Origin: Microthyrium microscopicum
Taxonomy: Eukaryota
Assembly: GCA_010405405.1 (NCBI GenBank)
Contig: MU004242.1
Location: forward strand, 407,751-471,750
Reading direction: 5' to 3'
DNA: 64,000 nt
Part shown: positions 25,501-39,038 of the stretch, one piece after another
How the letters are laid out: the number at the start of each line of letters is the position of its first letter
Numbering within the stretch: position 1 is the stretch's first letter
Position numbers and translations under genes: made by a program
Notes under the pieces: generated by a model
Database searches by the model: none
What the model saw: only the letters and a program-made list of their open reading frames with translations
Told to the model about the DNA's origin: nothing

Positions 25501-28192
25501 CGATAGTTCGGAGATTTTTCTTGCTTTACCTGGTATGCGGATACCTTTGGAGGCTACTTCTGGCTTTTTGATATGCTACTTGTTCTGCGAACTGTGGTCA
25601 AGTGGGATGTACGAGGAGCGGGTACGCAAGACCAAAAAGCTTGCGATTTTCTCCGCCGCCACAATTGTGCTAGCCGAACCGGCTCTTCAATGGATCTATC
25701 AAGCGATAATTTTCCAGCGAAATGTCGGTGGGAGCATGGTGACCATGGGATCAGTATCCAGTGGGTCGGATGATGGGGAAACGGTGTTCTTTGGGTCCCA
25801 GTTTGGATCTCAATGCTCTGGATAACCGAATATTCCCAAGCGATCCAGTTGTTGATGTTGACGTTGTTGGATTTGAGCGGAGAATGGATGCCAATGAACA
25901 GGTTCATTGGAATCAAGGTCTCAACTACGGACATGGCCCCCCACAAGGCTCGCGCTCTCTCTCTCGCTTTTGCTGGGAGTTGAAGTTCAGGCCTGGATGG
26001 TTGGTGCGAGGCAAGGCGAGGCAGGGTGCTGGGAGGTGCAAGGTCCAGTTGGTGGGCATGGCGGGGTTTGTCCTGGCTTCCTGGCCACTGGCCCCACTGG
26101 GAGTTGCATGTGTGGTCTACTAGGTCTAGTGCCCACCAAACGCTTGGACCAGGTCCTTCCCATCCACGCAAGAGCGTCTGAGCCCACGAGCCTACAAGCG
26201 TGAGCTTTGAGCAGGAGCCACCCAGGTTTTGGAGAGCGGAGAGCCAGAGGCAGGCAAAGCACGGACCGAACAGTTGGCAAGAGCCACCAGTCCCAAGGCA
26301 AGAGCGAGCCGCCGCAAGGTCCCATGGGCCATCATACATTGAACTTTTTGAGGCAAGAGAGATATCTATCCGACAGCGACAGCGACAGCGCCTGAGTTCC
26401 CCAATCGCTGCACAAGTTGAGTTGCAAAAATTGCGGAAGCGACGACCAGAATTCTGGACTCCTGGAGAACCTGGACAGACATACATTGCACACTGAACAC
26501 ATTGAGCACACAAATACTACCAACCAGAAACAAAAATATCACCGACAAAATCCAGAACAACTCGAAAACATCCATCAAACAAAACCCGCTGTCATATACA
26601 GAAGCTAGCGTGTATTAGCCACCAGCCGGGCCAAGTTACGAATTCTGCGACCATCGGTATTTTTTTTCTTCGACTACGGAGGACACGGACAAAGTAGCGT
26701 GTTACTACTACGTTTTATCCTCCTAGAACCAAGAAGAAAGCCTTTGAGCCTCTCTGTATCATTTGTCTTGGTTCCTACATTGCCGCACGTTATTCTCACA
26801 CGCTTCTTCAACTTCAACCCTCAATCGCCGCTCAGTTCTTTTCCTGCATTTGTTGCATTTTGCGCATTTCTGCACTCTTTGCCTGTTGCATCCGGTTCTC
26901 GCCAAAAACAATTGCTAAAACTCCAAATAATCCCAAAATATCTCCCCGCGACTTTTGAGGTGTGCTGGCAAAGCCACCTTTTTACGCAAAGACCGCGGCC
27001 GGCTCAGTGTTGTCTACTGCTGTCTGCTCTCCAACTGTTCTCTACCACTCAACTGTCAGTATCTCAACTACTCGCGCAACTACTCGCGCAACTCGCCTCT
27101 CTTGAGCCAAGCTCCCCAACCTCCTCTTCTCCAAAAACCTCACCTTTCCTTCACTTTTCCTCTCTACTACCACTCCTCCACTCTCCACTCTCCCACCCAG
27201 ACTATCCCGTACTCTCCACTGGCCTGGCGATTACCTGCCTACCAGTTCCCCTCCCTCCTCCACCATCAACTGGTCTCCCTCCCCCCGTTTATTCTGTTAG
27301 TATCCTCGCCCACCACTCACTTTGCTCCCGCATTCCCGTTTCCCATTTTTTGCAGTCCAAGCTTCTTTCTCCAGGCTTTTTGCATTTGCAGGCTTAGGCT
27401 TTGACCTGACTCCTCCCTTTCTCTCCCTCCCCAAAAAAGCTCAAAACACCAACCGCCCTGTTTTCCTCTACTCTTGTCGTTCCCGGTGGTCTGTGTCGTA
27501 ACTCCATTCTGGCTTGCCGCGCAAATCCACCCCAGTCTTCTTGTTTTCTTTAAGCCACTTCTCTACCTTTCCCCCCCTCCCCCGTTGTCCATTTTTCTCC
27601 CCTCTTAGCCTGCTTGTCCCGCCTCATCTTGCATCTTGCACTCTCCAATCCCTCCCTCCCTTCGTCCTCTCTACCTGTACCACTCTCATGCAGCTGCATG
27701 CCCGACTCCATGTTCGTCCTCTCCTTTGCTGCTTTCCATGCATAAGGCTATAATCTGCCCTCCCCGCTGCCATTACCTTGCTGACTTAGACTTGTTCTTT
27801 AGGCTGGGTAAGATTTCCCTTTGAAAATATACCTTTTCTGGTTACATCGACGGAATGACAATCTGCAACATGTCGCAATCGAATACCAGTGCATTCTTTT
27901 GTAGCTATCGAGTACTCTCGGTAACTCGTAGATGCTGAAGCATTCTTTGCGAAATGTCAGATATCGAAAGTTCGGCCAACATTGGGATTCACTTGACAAT
28001 ACCATGGCGGGTTATGGTGCTCATAGCATTCTATGGCTATCAAAGCTCGTCGTGGCCCTATGTCGCGAGAACTCAAGGCGAACTTTCAGTCATTCCGATG
28101 ACAGGCAACTTGGCTGCCATGACACCAGTACATTGATAACTCTATACTAACAGTACTTCAGCCAGAACGACACGATTAATTACGACAACAGC

Positions 28193-30035
28193 ATGAACCA
28201 GATTGGATCCTACCACCCAGCTGACGTTCACAACATGGCTACCACGCACGCACATCCCCCCACCAGCGGTCCGGGACTGACTGGCCACTACCAAACATAT
28301 CAACCTCCGATTATGCCCAGTCACGGCTATGGCGGTTACTCGAATCACGGTTATACTCCATACCCAGCGTACGCCGGCGCCCCAGTTTCGCAACCAATGT
28401 CTAATGGACTCGTTGCTCAACCGCCTCCACTAACGAGTAAGTCGAGTCAAAGAGTCAAGTAGGATGCCACTGACAGTACTAGCTATGCAATCCGCCCCCG
28501 CAAGTACATTACCCGGTACTCAAAACTATATTGGTCATCAAATGGATACATCTGGACAGGTTGCGCCACCAGGCGTCAAGCCAAGAGTGACAGCCACACT
28601 CTGGGAGGACGAAGGTACATTGTGCTTCCAGGTCGAAGCCAAAGGTGTTTGTGTTGCGCGTCGCGAAGGTATGAACTCCGCTTTCTTTCTATATTTGACT
28701 CGGTGTTAATTTTCATTAGATAATCACATGATCAACGGCACAAAATTACTCAACGTTGCGGGAATGACTCGAGGACGCCGTGACGGCATTCTCAAGAGCG
28801 AAAAAATGCGCCATGTTGTCAAGATTGGACCCATGCATCTCAAGGGTGTTTGGTATGTTTACTGAAACCATAATATGCGAGTCATGTGAGCTAACTCTTC
28901 TAGGATTCCTTTCGAACGCGCACTCGACTTTGCCAATAAGGAAAAGATCACTGAGCACTTGTATCCTCTCTTTGTTCATGATATTGGTGCACTACTCTAT
29001 CATCCACAAAATCCTACCCAGCCTCGCGCTGGTGCAGGTATTGGGAATACTCAGAGCGCCCTCGCTGCTTATGAGCAAAAGAGGAGGCAAGATCAGCGCA
29101 TGATTCCTGGAGCTCCTCAAACACCAGGCCAAGCAGCCCCGATGCATAGCATGGTTGGCTCCGTGCCAACACCTCACAACCAGGCTGCTCCACGTCCTGG
29201 CATGGATCGCGCTAATACATTCCCAACTCCCCCCACGAGTGCCTCCAGTGTTGTTGGTGTCAACTCACATGGAAGCCCATACGAGTACCACCAGATGCCA
29301 AGCCAGCAGCAATTGTCAATCGACACAAGCCTGAGCCGTGGATCCGTTCCTAATACGCCCGCCTCTACTCCCCCAGGCAAAGCTACTCACGGATCAACGC
29401 CTTACTCGGCTACTCAATCATATGATGCACGACCCGTCTATTCCCAGCAGCCAGCTTCCGGCCAATACCAGACACAACGCGTTCAGTTTGGAGGTCCTTT
29501 GCAACACCCGCCTGTCTACAAGGGTAAGTTTTCACTTCTCGAGACAGAACATAGACATTGAAACTGACTTTCTCTAGATGAAGGTGAACATGACCAAGAC
29601 CAGAAGCACACATACCCAAATCCAGCCTACGCCAGCCAAAACTCCTATTCTTATAATCCAAACAACGGAGTTGGCCAACCTGCTGGCAGTCCTCAGCAAA
29701 ATGGCTCTGGTCGCCACACTCCCCGCACGTCCGCTTCACAAATCATGTACCAGCAACCAGGCTATCCTCCACCTCAAAGAAGCAACACTGCTCCTGCCAG
29801 CAATGTCTACAACATCATCGATTCTCGTGATTCTGCTCCCGAACCACAAGCTTACTACTCTGCTGCTCCAAATGGCGCTGCAGGTCAAAAGCGTGGTCGT
29901 GATGATGATGACCAAGCTGATGAAGGTGCCAAGAGACGCAAGAATGAAGTTGAAGAAGGCGGTCCAGTAGGAGGCGGAAGCCCCTACAATGCCATCAACC
30001 CTCAGCGGCCAATTGCTACTCCACGGGAAAGATAG
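28193..30035 (+). CDS. stuA: APSES transcription factor StuA/Asm-1 orthologue (5 coding exons from first ATG)
   Basis: Exons 28193-28436, 28483-28668, 28720-28852, 28904-29523, 29578-30035 give [59 protein letters not shown]...[21 protein letters not shown], plus [15 protein letters not shown] and KRGRDDDD. Confidence 0.96.
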
Positions 30036-30239
30036 TCGCTTTAGTATTCTTGCGACTTCTCACCCTTTACATCCCACTCTCAAGCCTGGACTTCCTGGAC
30101 ACTAATTTTTATCTTTTATTCCTTTATGTTTACCAGAGCAGGCGGTGCGAACTGATTTTGCTTTTCAACTCGACCAGCTCTTCCAGTGCCCTCGGGGAAT
30201 TACGGCGCTGAAAAGATGCTCGACATGTTTTTAACGACC

Positions 30240-30320
30240 TCATTGAAGCCACGCAACCACGCAACCTCATTGAAGCTACGCCACGAAATCACCGAAGCTA
30301 CGCATGTCATTGAAGCTACG
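30240..30320 (+). repeat. Four imperfect copies of TCATTGAAGCYACG downstream of stuA
   Basis: Copies at about 30240, 30267, 30289 (TCACCGAAGCTACG) and 30307. Confidence 0.7.
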
Positions 30321-31376
30321 TACGACTCGTGTTTTATTCCAATCCCTTTTCACGCACATAGAACAAGCACCAACCACTTGAACGGCCAAAAACTCAACTG
30401 AAATTCCCTTCACGACTTTAACGACTTTCTGAGATGCCACGCCATGCCTATTTGACAAAACGTCTTTTCAACGTCAACAGATTATTATTCCTCGCCTTCC
30501 CTTTTTTCCCCTTTTTTCTCCAATAACGACTTTGTTTTGTACTGGAGGGTGTAACTATGAATAATCAGGCGAAAAAACTGATGATTGTCTTTTTGATCTT
30601 GCAGAACCAACCAATGGAAATTTTTATTACCTTTAGCATAGGAGGGGATGATGAATGCGAAACGAAGCAGCAAGCAGTAGTAGTAGCAGCGACTGGGACT
30701 TGTCTTTTTCATGTTTAGCGTTAGCGCCGCGGCCTGTTTGTTTCTGCATTGGGAACAACGGGTGGACAAAAATAACTAGCATGCTCCCATAGAATAATAC
30801 GTCTCCCATTACCTACCGTTCCTTCTATGGTGGTGATACCTTTTTCATGATCAATAAGATACTTGCCCACTCTTCAGTGTCTAGATAATAGTATTGAAAT
30901 TGGGCATTCCACCATCTTTAGCTTACTAGCTAACCATCCTACCATCCTCAACTACTCTTATAGTCAAGCAGCAAGCTTTCAAAGTACTTCTCGCTCTGTT
31001 CCTTCATGCCATGTATGGCTAGTTTCTCTGATCTGCCAACCATCAGGCAGACAAGCAAATAATAGCAGGAGTGTTAGATCTAAATTCAACTCAGGCCGGC
31101 GATTTTCTTATAAGCCTTCATCACTCAGGGGTTGCATTTCTCTATGATAACCAACTTCCAGAAAATAATCCCTCAAAAATCCATTACTTCTACATCCACA
31201 CGCAGCTGAATCAATAAGGCTGAAGGTGAGGTGAAGTTGAGGAGATAAGATCATCGCGATAAAACCACGTGACGCTCCTCGAAAAAAAGTTGGACGCCAA
31301 TCCATCTCCGCAAGACCTGGATGCTTCAACAGCTGCATTCACGACCATCTACTCCTCCAATACACATCTCATCATT

Positions 31377-32124
31377 ATGGATCACACGCGAGACCCTTGC
31401 CCATGGGTAGTCCTGAACGACTTTGGCGGAGCTTTCTGTATGGGGGTACGTGAAACTATTCTGCCTTGGCTTATACAGCTCCCGTTGGTCGCGAGGTCCG
31501 ATTCTAACCATCAATCTAGGCTGTCGGCGGTGCGATATGGCATGGAGTTAAAGGATTCAGGTATGCCTCTAACCACTGGAGATGTATATGACTATACTAA
31601 CAATCTTCTAGAAATAGGTACTGTCTTCGAATCATCGATCCTCTGCGACGAAGCTGACCCTTGAAGCCCGTACGGCGAACGGAGAATAGGAATGATCACA
31701 GCGATGAAGGCGCGAGCACCGGTCCTTGGAGGAAACTTTGGAGTCTGGGGCGGTCTATTCTCGACATATGACTGCGCAGTAAAAGGGTATGTCCGCAAGA
31801 CTCGAAGATGCCAGGGCGGATGAACTGACGGAAGTAGTGTCCGAAAAAAGGAGGATCCATGGAACGCCATCATCGCAGGTTTCTTTACCGTTCGTACATA
31901 CCTACACAATCCTTTGGTATACCCAATAACATTTTCAATAGGGCGGATCGTTAGCAGTTCGTGGTGGCGCCAAAGCCATGCGCAACAGTGCGATCGGGTG
32001 TGCAATTCTCCTCGCCGTCATCGAAGGAGTTGGCATTGGCTTCTCGCGCATGATGGCAGATAACCAAGCACTTGCACCTCCTCCACCTCCACCAACCACA
32101 GACGGCGGCAAACAATACATATAA
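31377..32124 (+). CDS. TIM17: Mitochondrial import inner membrane translocase subunit Tim17 (6 exons incl. 6-nt microexon)
   Basis: Exons 31377-31445, 31520-31560, 31612-31617, 31667-31786, 31838-31889, 31942-32124 give [47 protein letters not shown]...[51 protein letters not shown]. Confidence 0.95.
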
Positions 32125-32936
32125 TACACCCAGGATTTTTTTGGAAAAGCTTGTAACTGATGGTCGAATGTGTTATAGAACCACGATCGCGATTTTGGTC
32201 ATCACCTCGGTTATCCACGCTGAGAACAAACTCAACTCTTGGCGGGCAGCGAGGGCGGCGCGTGTGTGCGATGTATGATTATATCCAGATGGCTAGTTTC
32301 GCTTGCATAGATATGGAATGCGGTGTTTGGCGCTTTGGAACATTAGCGTTGCAGGTTGATGGGGCCTGTTTGTATTATTGAAGACTGGAGGATGGATTAG
32401 AAGAGACTTCTCGACTCATAATTGACTCAGTTTGAAAGACTGAATTGAAATGCATGAAGCTTCTCATGATATGTCTGATGTTGTTTGCGCCTCCAAAAGT
32501 ATGACAGCACGAGTTCCGTTAGTACATGTCTTAAGGCCTGAACCGAGTATAGACTGGACCAAGTATTCTTATGTCTTAACGAGATATCAAACAACATTGC
32601 ATTTCCAGTGGCCTTGCCAGCAAGCTCTGGAAAATATAGAGCGTTAAGGCTGGCGCTATTGCCTAATTGGGCAGGATGTTGAATCAGGCTAGTCCCGAGA
32701 AATAGCCGGCCCAGCCTTTTCGCTCTTGCCCTGAGCGCGCCCTCCTTGCCCTCTAAGCTTCACGTCGCCAATGTTGCAGTCGCGATTCATAATTCTCAAC
32801 TCATCTCCCACATTTTCATCACCACGCGCCCAATTTCCAGTTGGGAGCTGATCAAGGCTCTCCATTCAGTCTCCCACCTACCCGCCGCCCGCCCCTCGCA
32901 GTCCACTTATCCCTTCCTTCTGTGAACAACAACAAG

Positions 32937-35033
32937 ATGAACGGTCTATCAAATCCAAGTGACAATGTTGATCCTCCATTGGTGAGTTACAATACTTCGC
33001 ATCGCGCGTCTCAATACTAACTTACTCCAAGCTCCGCCATCTTCATCTTATCGTGATTCCGCACATGCCACGAAATGTACACCCTCCGGATAACTACGTG
33101 ATTGATGTACTCGCCAAAGCTCCAAATATAGTCAAAGAGCGCCCAGTCACCTGGCAATTCGTATCACCTCAAGAACCGGGAACTATGTTTATCGAATGGA
33201 TACCTCTACAACAGTCTGGTAATTTCCCATCTGATGGATTTGGCTGGTATGATCCCGAACGCTCTTACGAACATGAACTTCCGGGTGGTGAATATGTAAG
33301 TTGGCACTACCAAAATGTTTGCGCCATCGCTGACGATACAGGTCATGGACATACTGATTCATTATGGGGGGATTATTCCAGAGTCACCGCAAAACGGCAT
33401 CTTCTCTCGCAAACGCTATCGCATTCGTCATAAGCATAACAGCCCCCATACCAAATTCGACCCGTGTTTCTGGCTGGTGCTGTATGGAACGGCTGAAATG
33501 AAGACGCAACAAGCTATACAACAAAATCGTCCACAATTCTCTCCTCAGACCGTCGCGCTTTTACAAGAACGCCATGCGCTGGCACAATACGGCATGCCTC
33601 AGCGCAAGGAATTCATGTTGGCTGATCAGCGATCTTGGCCAAAGGTTCACTATCCACCCGTACAACCAGGTCAAATGCAGCCAGGGCAAATGCCACCAGG
33701 AGCTATTTCGCAAAATGCCATGTATCAACGACGCCAGCAGGCTCAGATGCAGATGGGTCAGCCAGGACATTATCCTCCTTATGCTGGTTCAGCTTCAGGA
33801 CCACCGGCAAAGCGAGTTAGACAGGCTGGCCCTGCACAGGCTGGTGGGCGTGGTCCACCGGTCAGTTTGAAGCATGAGGCGGATCTCGAGCTTCTGGAGG
33901 ACACATCTGCGGGCGACTATTTGGATCACATCTCACCGGCAACTATCAGCCGGGATCGATTTAAACGCCATCATCTCTGGCTTGAAGATGTCTTTTCCTC
34001 ACTTTACACTATGAACCAAGTCATGCCGGAAGATCTAGGATTTGGTCTGGTGGGAGAGTTGGGAGAACTGACCAAAGACCTACTCGAATCTCCAGCTAAA
34101 AGAATACCTGAACCAGCGGAGGTGAACGATGGCACTTATTTCCAAGATCCGCATTACAATGCCCCGAAAATATACAAGAAACTTGAACCGGAGCAATTTG
34201 CCGAGTTTGAAAAACGGGTAGCAGACTTTGTCGAATCAAAGAACCGTGAAATGGACGAAATGCGCGAAGAGCATGCGAAAACCATGGCAACTATTAATAG
34301 TGGACGCTTCTATCTTGATGTCGAGGACCGTCTACGTGAAGCCGGCACAGACTCTGACAAAATTGACGAAATCATGCGTGAGGTGGAAGCAAAAATGGGC
34401 ATATCGGTGCAAGATCGACAAGATATTGTCTGCGTACAGAAAGGCGCACTGGAAGATGAAGAGAGACCGGTCAATGGCACTGGCGCTTCCAACGGACAGG
34501 CTTCTGCATCTAATGATGTCGGCGCTAGCTTACTGGACGAGTTCACCTCTACGGCCGATTTCTTGGGCGATGAACAATCTGCTGGTGCAGAAGAAGGCAT
34601 TGCCACAGACAACTTGGACCTCATAGACACTATGGACATAGACATCCCCGACGTCCCAGTCATCGAGTCTGAATCCGCTCCCGTGGATACCGCAGACGCA
34701 CCGAAAGCTGATGGCGACTGGGTCGTTGTTGAAAACCAAGCACAAACCACGAATCCAGCAGCCCCCACAACAACTGTCGCAGCACCCGTTTCTACCGAGA
34801 CGACAAAACCAGCAACAGACACTCCTGAGGCTGCGCAGGCCAACACCGAGGGTGATGCTGGCGCCGACACGCTCCCAGAGAGCATGTTTGATGGCGAGGA
34901 GTTCAGTGCTTTCGCAGACAACCTCGATCCAAACGCGAGCTTAGCTACATTTGAGGGCGCAGATGGAGATGGAGATGGGATATTGGATTTCGATAACGCG
35001 TTTGGTACGAATGATACACCGGCAGGCAATTAG
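32937..35033 (+). CDS. ssr4: SWI/SNF-RSC complex subunit Ssr4-like (DUF1750) protein, 3 exons
   Basis: Exons 32937-32981, 33032-33295, 33342-35033. LRHLHLI, KAPNIVKERPVTWQF, FPSDGFGWYDPE, RKRYRI, GDYLDHISP...RFKRHHLWLEDVFSS; acidic tail. Confidence 0.8.
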
Positions 35034-36914
35034 GATGGCTGGCGGTTGCATACACCTCCCTGAACTATCTCCAGAAACTCGGGCTGATGGGCAGTTGTAA
35101 TTTGCTTTGTGTACAATAGAACTATTCCCGAGAGTGCAAAAAATTACGGTATATGCGGGTGTGATTATTGATTACAGAAGTTATCGCGCTATCATCGGAA
35201 GCGGCTACCTGATGCGAAGCGTCTTTTTTCTCTTAGATTTCGATGCAAGGCTGACTCTCTGAAGTTCATATTGATATAAATAACCTGCATGACGACATTT
35301 TCTTTTTCATTTTCAATATCCCTTGCTTCATTCGATACTTTTGTTCCCGATGTCTGTGCGGTTTCCAATGCTGTGTACGCTAATATGTATGGAAGGTTGC
35401 ACGAGCTGGTGGATATTGGGATATGCGACGCGATGGGACGGAGGATTAGCGGTTTGTGCTACGAGTGTTTGTTCACGAGTGCCGCGCTGCCGATTATCAC
35501 TGTTGAGGGTTCATTATTGACGGTGAAAATGGCTCAGATGAAATTGTGAGCTTGGCCATATTTAAAAAGCCTATGCGTTCTTTTACTGTCTGAGCTTTAC
35601 CATGGCATGGAGTTAATGACGACCTTCAAATGATATCGCACTGGATATGTGTAACGATTGAAGGGACTTCTGGAAATAGGGGACTGCCGTTGTTGATCAT
35701 CATTGAAGTTCCCCTGGAACAGGTATTGAAAAGCACTATGATTGGCTCAGGTTCGGCAAATATATTAGCGCAAGGCTGAACCAACGGTAACGGTCATGGA
35801 GCCTTGTTATCTTTTGTATCAGACTCTCTCTTTGTGTCCTTGAAAGTTCATCAATTCTTCAACGAATGTAGTTGATAGATGAGGCTCAGTATGCCAAGTG
35901 TGCTTACCTGCGTCTTGACAGCTCAGAAGGAATGCAGTTTGTACCTTGTTCTAGAACTAATGTACCAAATTAGAAACTGTACGCATGATGTAAGGCTAAA
36001 CTTGTCAATTGACAACATGCCGCTAGGCTGTGGAAGTTTTGACTAGCTTCTGATTCTGGTTGCACGAAAACAATTAGCTCAACATCCTGTACAGCAGCTA
36101 GCCGCGCTCGATGAAATTGAGTCCAATGAAAGCCAATACCATGGACCCCATACTAATTGCAATGCCCATTTTGACCAGAGCACCAGTAATAGCAGACACG
36201 GGTAGCCGGGGCCTTGGAAGAGGTCAATATTTCAAAATACATACCCGTTCAACGCTTTTTCAAGCACGTTGCATTCGTTTCTGCACCGCCTGTTTGATCT
36301 GTCGTCGATTACGTGTCTTATTCAAACAACGTTGGAGGAAAAGGTGAGCTCTCGGGTCACACCCGCCAAAGATTTGAGGATTTGAAGATGGTGTTGAGCT
36401 ACTAATAGTTCAGTCTCTTCATTCCATCCAACCACTCGTTTTTGAACGCCTATTACTTCGCTAACAGAACCACTTTTCAATTTGCTTGTAGATTTGATAT
36501 CCAATTCTGTTCATGGTTTCATCCATACATGTTTGTGCAGGATCGCCATCAATACCGATCGTTGTTTTCATTACACAAACCCGTTACTTCCCTACAAACT
36601 CGAAGTAGGTCAAAACCACACGGGCAGTTGCACCATCTGATGTAACAACCCGAACCATTTCCTTTTGGACCACGCGACAAAACACATGGAAGGACAGCCG
36701 CGAAGCACCTACATATATTCAAATCAACCGCCTTTCGCCTTCCCCGACACATCTTCCTGAGCTCTAGCATCCTCCATTTGTCGATTTTTCTTGTCTTCTC
36801 ATATCTGTTCAGCATCACTCTCGCTAATCGTCGGCTTTTTCTGGCTCTAATTATTGTCCCTTTCTGTTTCTTTCTTCCAGACAGTTGTCACTTTGCAGGA
36901 GCTTGGGTCTCAGG

Positions 36915-39038
36915 ATGTCTGGTGTACTGTCGCTATCTCTCCTCCTTGCTTCATCGCTTGGAATCTTTCAGACCCCCGCTGCCTCGAGGCTACCACACAT
37001 CGTAGAAACTTTCCAAAAGCGCGCTGGCGCAACACCAGTAGCGATCGTTGGCGTGCAGAATGGCGAAGTTCAGACTCGAATGGAGTTCAGTGACTTGCTC
37101 AACCAGCAGCCTGCCCAATTCAATATCATGATGCTTGGCCTTGCGCGCATGATGAAATTAAACCAGACAGATCAGCTATCATACTTTAGAATTGCTGGTG
37201 AATATATCGTGCCAATCATACCAAAGCTTCATTACTGACCTGATCTCAAGGTATTCATGGGGTTCCATTGGACAACTGGAATGGTGTTGTTGGCGCCAAC
37301 GATATCAATCGCCCAGGCTGGTGTACTCATACGTCGAACCTATTTCTTCCCTGGCACCGACCATATCTAGCACTATACGAGCAGACTCTATCTCAAAATG
37401 CTATGGCAGCTGCCTTAGAATGGCCGCCCGGTGCTGAACGGGATGCTTTTGTGACAGCAGCGGATCAACTTCGACTACCATACTGGGATTGGGCCAAATC
37501 GCCGGCATCTGGACAAGATGTCACTCCAGCCATCATGGTATCGCCGCAAGTACAGGTTTTGACTCCTAATGGTACTCAAACAATTGACAATCCGCTTTAC
37601 TCCTATAAATTTGGCTATGCGGATCAAGATCTGCGATTCCAGCCCGTTAGTCTACACCCACTGATTTTTTGTTGTTCGATATTTAGATGCTCATGACTGA
37701 CGGATATCTCGATTAGTACGTTTATTGGAACGAGACGAAGCGATGGCCCACCACAATGGATTCAACTGCTGAAACGCAGATCGGCACTTTGGTCCAACAA
37801 ATGAATCTGAACCAGGCCCAAGTGAAGCAGCGGTTATACAACTTGTTTACAGGCAATTCCAATTTCACAGAAGTCAGCAATGAAGCGTGGGTTGCAAACG
37901 CTGGCCCTGGCTCTTATGATAGCTTTGAAAGTATTCATGATCAGATCCATGGGACAATTGGAGGAGGGAATTATGGCGATATGACGGTCATTCCTTTGAG
38001 TGCATTCGACCCTGCATTCTGGTTTCATCATGCGTAAGTACCAAGAAGAAATTTCATGTGTGATTCTGACAGTCTTAGTATGATTGATCGTTCTTTTGCA
38101 ATGTGGCAGGTGCTGTATCCGGACAGTTACGTGGAACCAATGCCGCAAGCCCTAAGTAACCAGTGGTATGTGAAAGGAGAGGTATTGGATGCTACCACTG
38201 GTAAGCAACCGACTATAAGTATCATTTCTACACTGCTAATGAATCGGCAGGCCTGCAGCCTTTCTTCTCCGATCCCACTCAAAGGATATTCTGGACGTCT
38301 GATACTGTGCGTAACACATCGACATTCGGATACAACTACCCAGAAACTCAGAACCCCGACCCCACCGCCGTTCGAGCAGCCATAAATAAGCTCTACGGAC
38401 CTACCAAGAGAACGAAAACGCGAGGACGACCCACAAAGAGCAAACGTGCAAATGCTTATGGAGCAGACCCAGCACCTGCGCAAACAACCCAAACTCCAAC
38501 TGAAAGGCTCTACCAAATCAGCTACCGAGCACCCAAGAACAGTCTAGGCTCGTCTTTCTACATCGACATGTTCATGGGAAATCCCGCCTCCGAAGACCCA
38601 CACTCATGGCGAAATGATCCTAATCTTCTAGGCTCGCAGGCCGTGGTATCCATGTCATTGCCTGGTGCTGCACCAGTGACAGTCACCGGCGTTCTTCCGC
38701 TAAACAAACATTTACAAGACATGGTTACAGCAGGCCAACTGGCTGATCTAAGCGAAGCCAGTGTCGTGCCTCTGTTACAGGATAACATATCCTGGAGAAT
38801 TAGAATGGCAAGTCCAACCTACCACTCCCCACTCCAGATAGCATACTAACGTCATTAGGGCGACTACTCTGATATTCCAGCAGCCAACGTCCCGAATCTG
38901 CTAGTCTCCCTAGCCAGCATTGAAGTCGAGCCTGCAACGAGCCCAGACGCATTCCCAACTCATGTCGGCGACTGGACGGTGTATACTAGTGTGACAGCGG
39001 ACAAGGTTGGCGGCCTGAAGGTTGAGCAGCAGATATAG
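36915..39038 (+). CDS. Secreted tyrosinase (type-3 copper oxidase) with C-terminal shielding domain, 6 exons
   Basis: Exons 36915-37197, 37251-37645, 37717-38033, 38079-38200, 38251-38807, 38859-39038. Signal peptide and KR site; IAGIHG, CTHTSNLFLPWHRPYL, LRLPYWDWA, HDQIHG, FDPAFWFHHAMIDR. Last intron is GC-AG. Confidence 0.92.

Noticed and set aside
25554..26513. 319-aa minus-strand ORF and overlapping plus-strand ORFs
   Set aside because: GTG start, C/W/R-rich composition, no motif and several overlapping frames; more likely promoter or leader sequence of stuA.
27065..27096. Tandem CAACTACTCGCG duplication as StuA autoregulatory sites
   Set aside because: Does not fit the (A/T)CGCG(T/A)N(A/C) consensus; likely a simple slippage duplication.
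26699..27397. 232-aa L/S/P-rich ORF as a standalone gene
   Set aside because: Low-complexity translation of a pyrimidine tract; most of it probably lies in a stuA leader intron.
34310..35029. Antisense ORFs over real genes (also 1822-2367, 8025-8651, 40426-40953)
   Set aside because: Shadow frames of well-supported opposite-strand CDSs.
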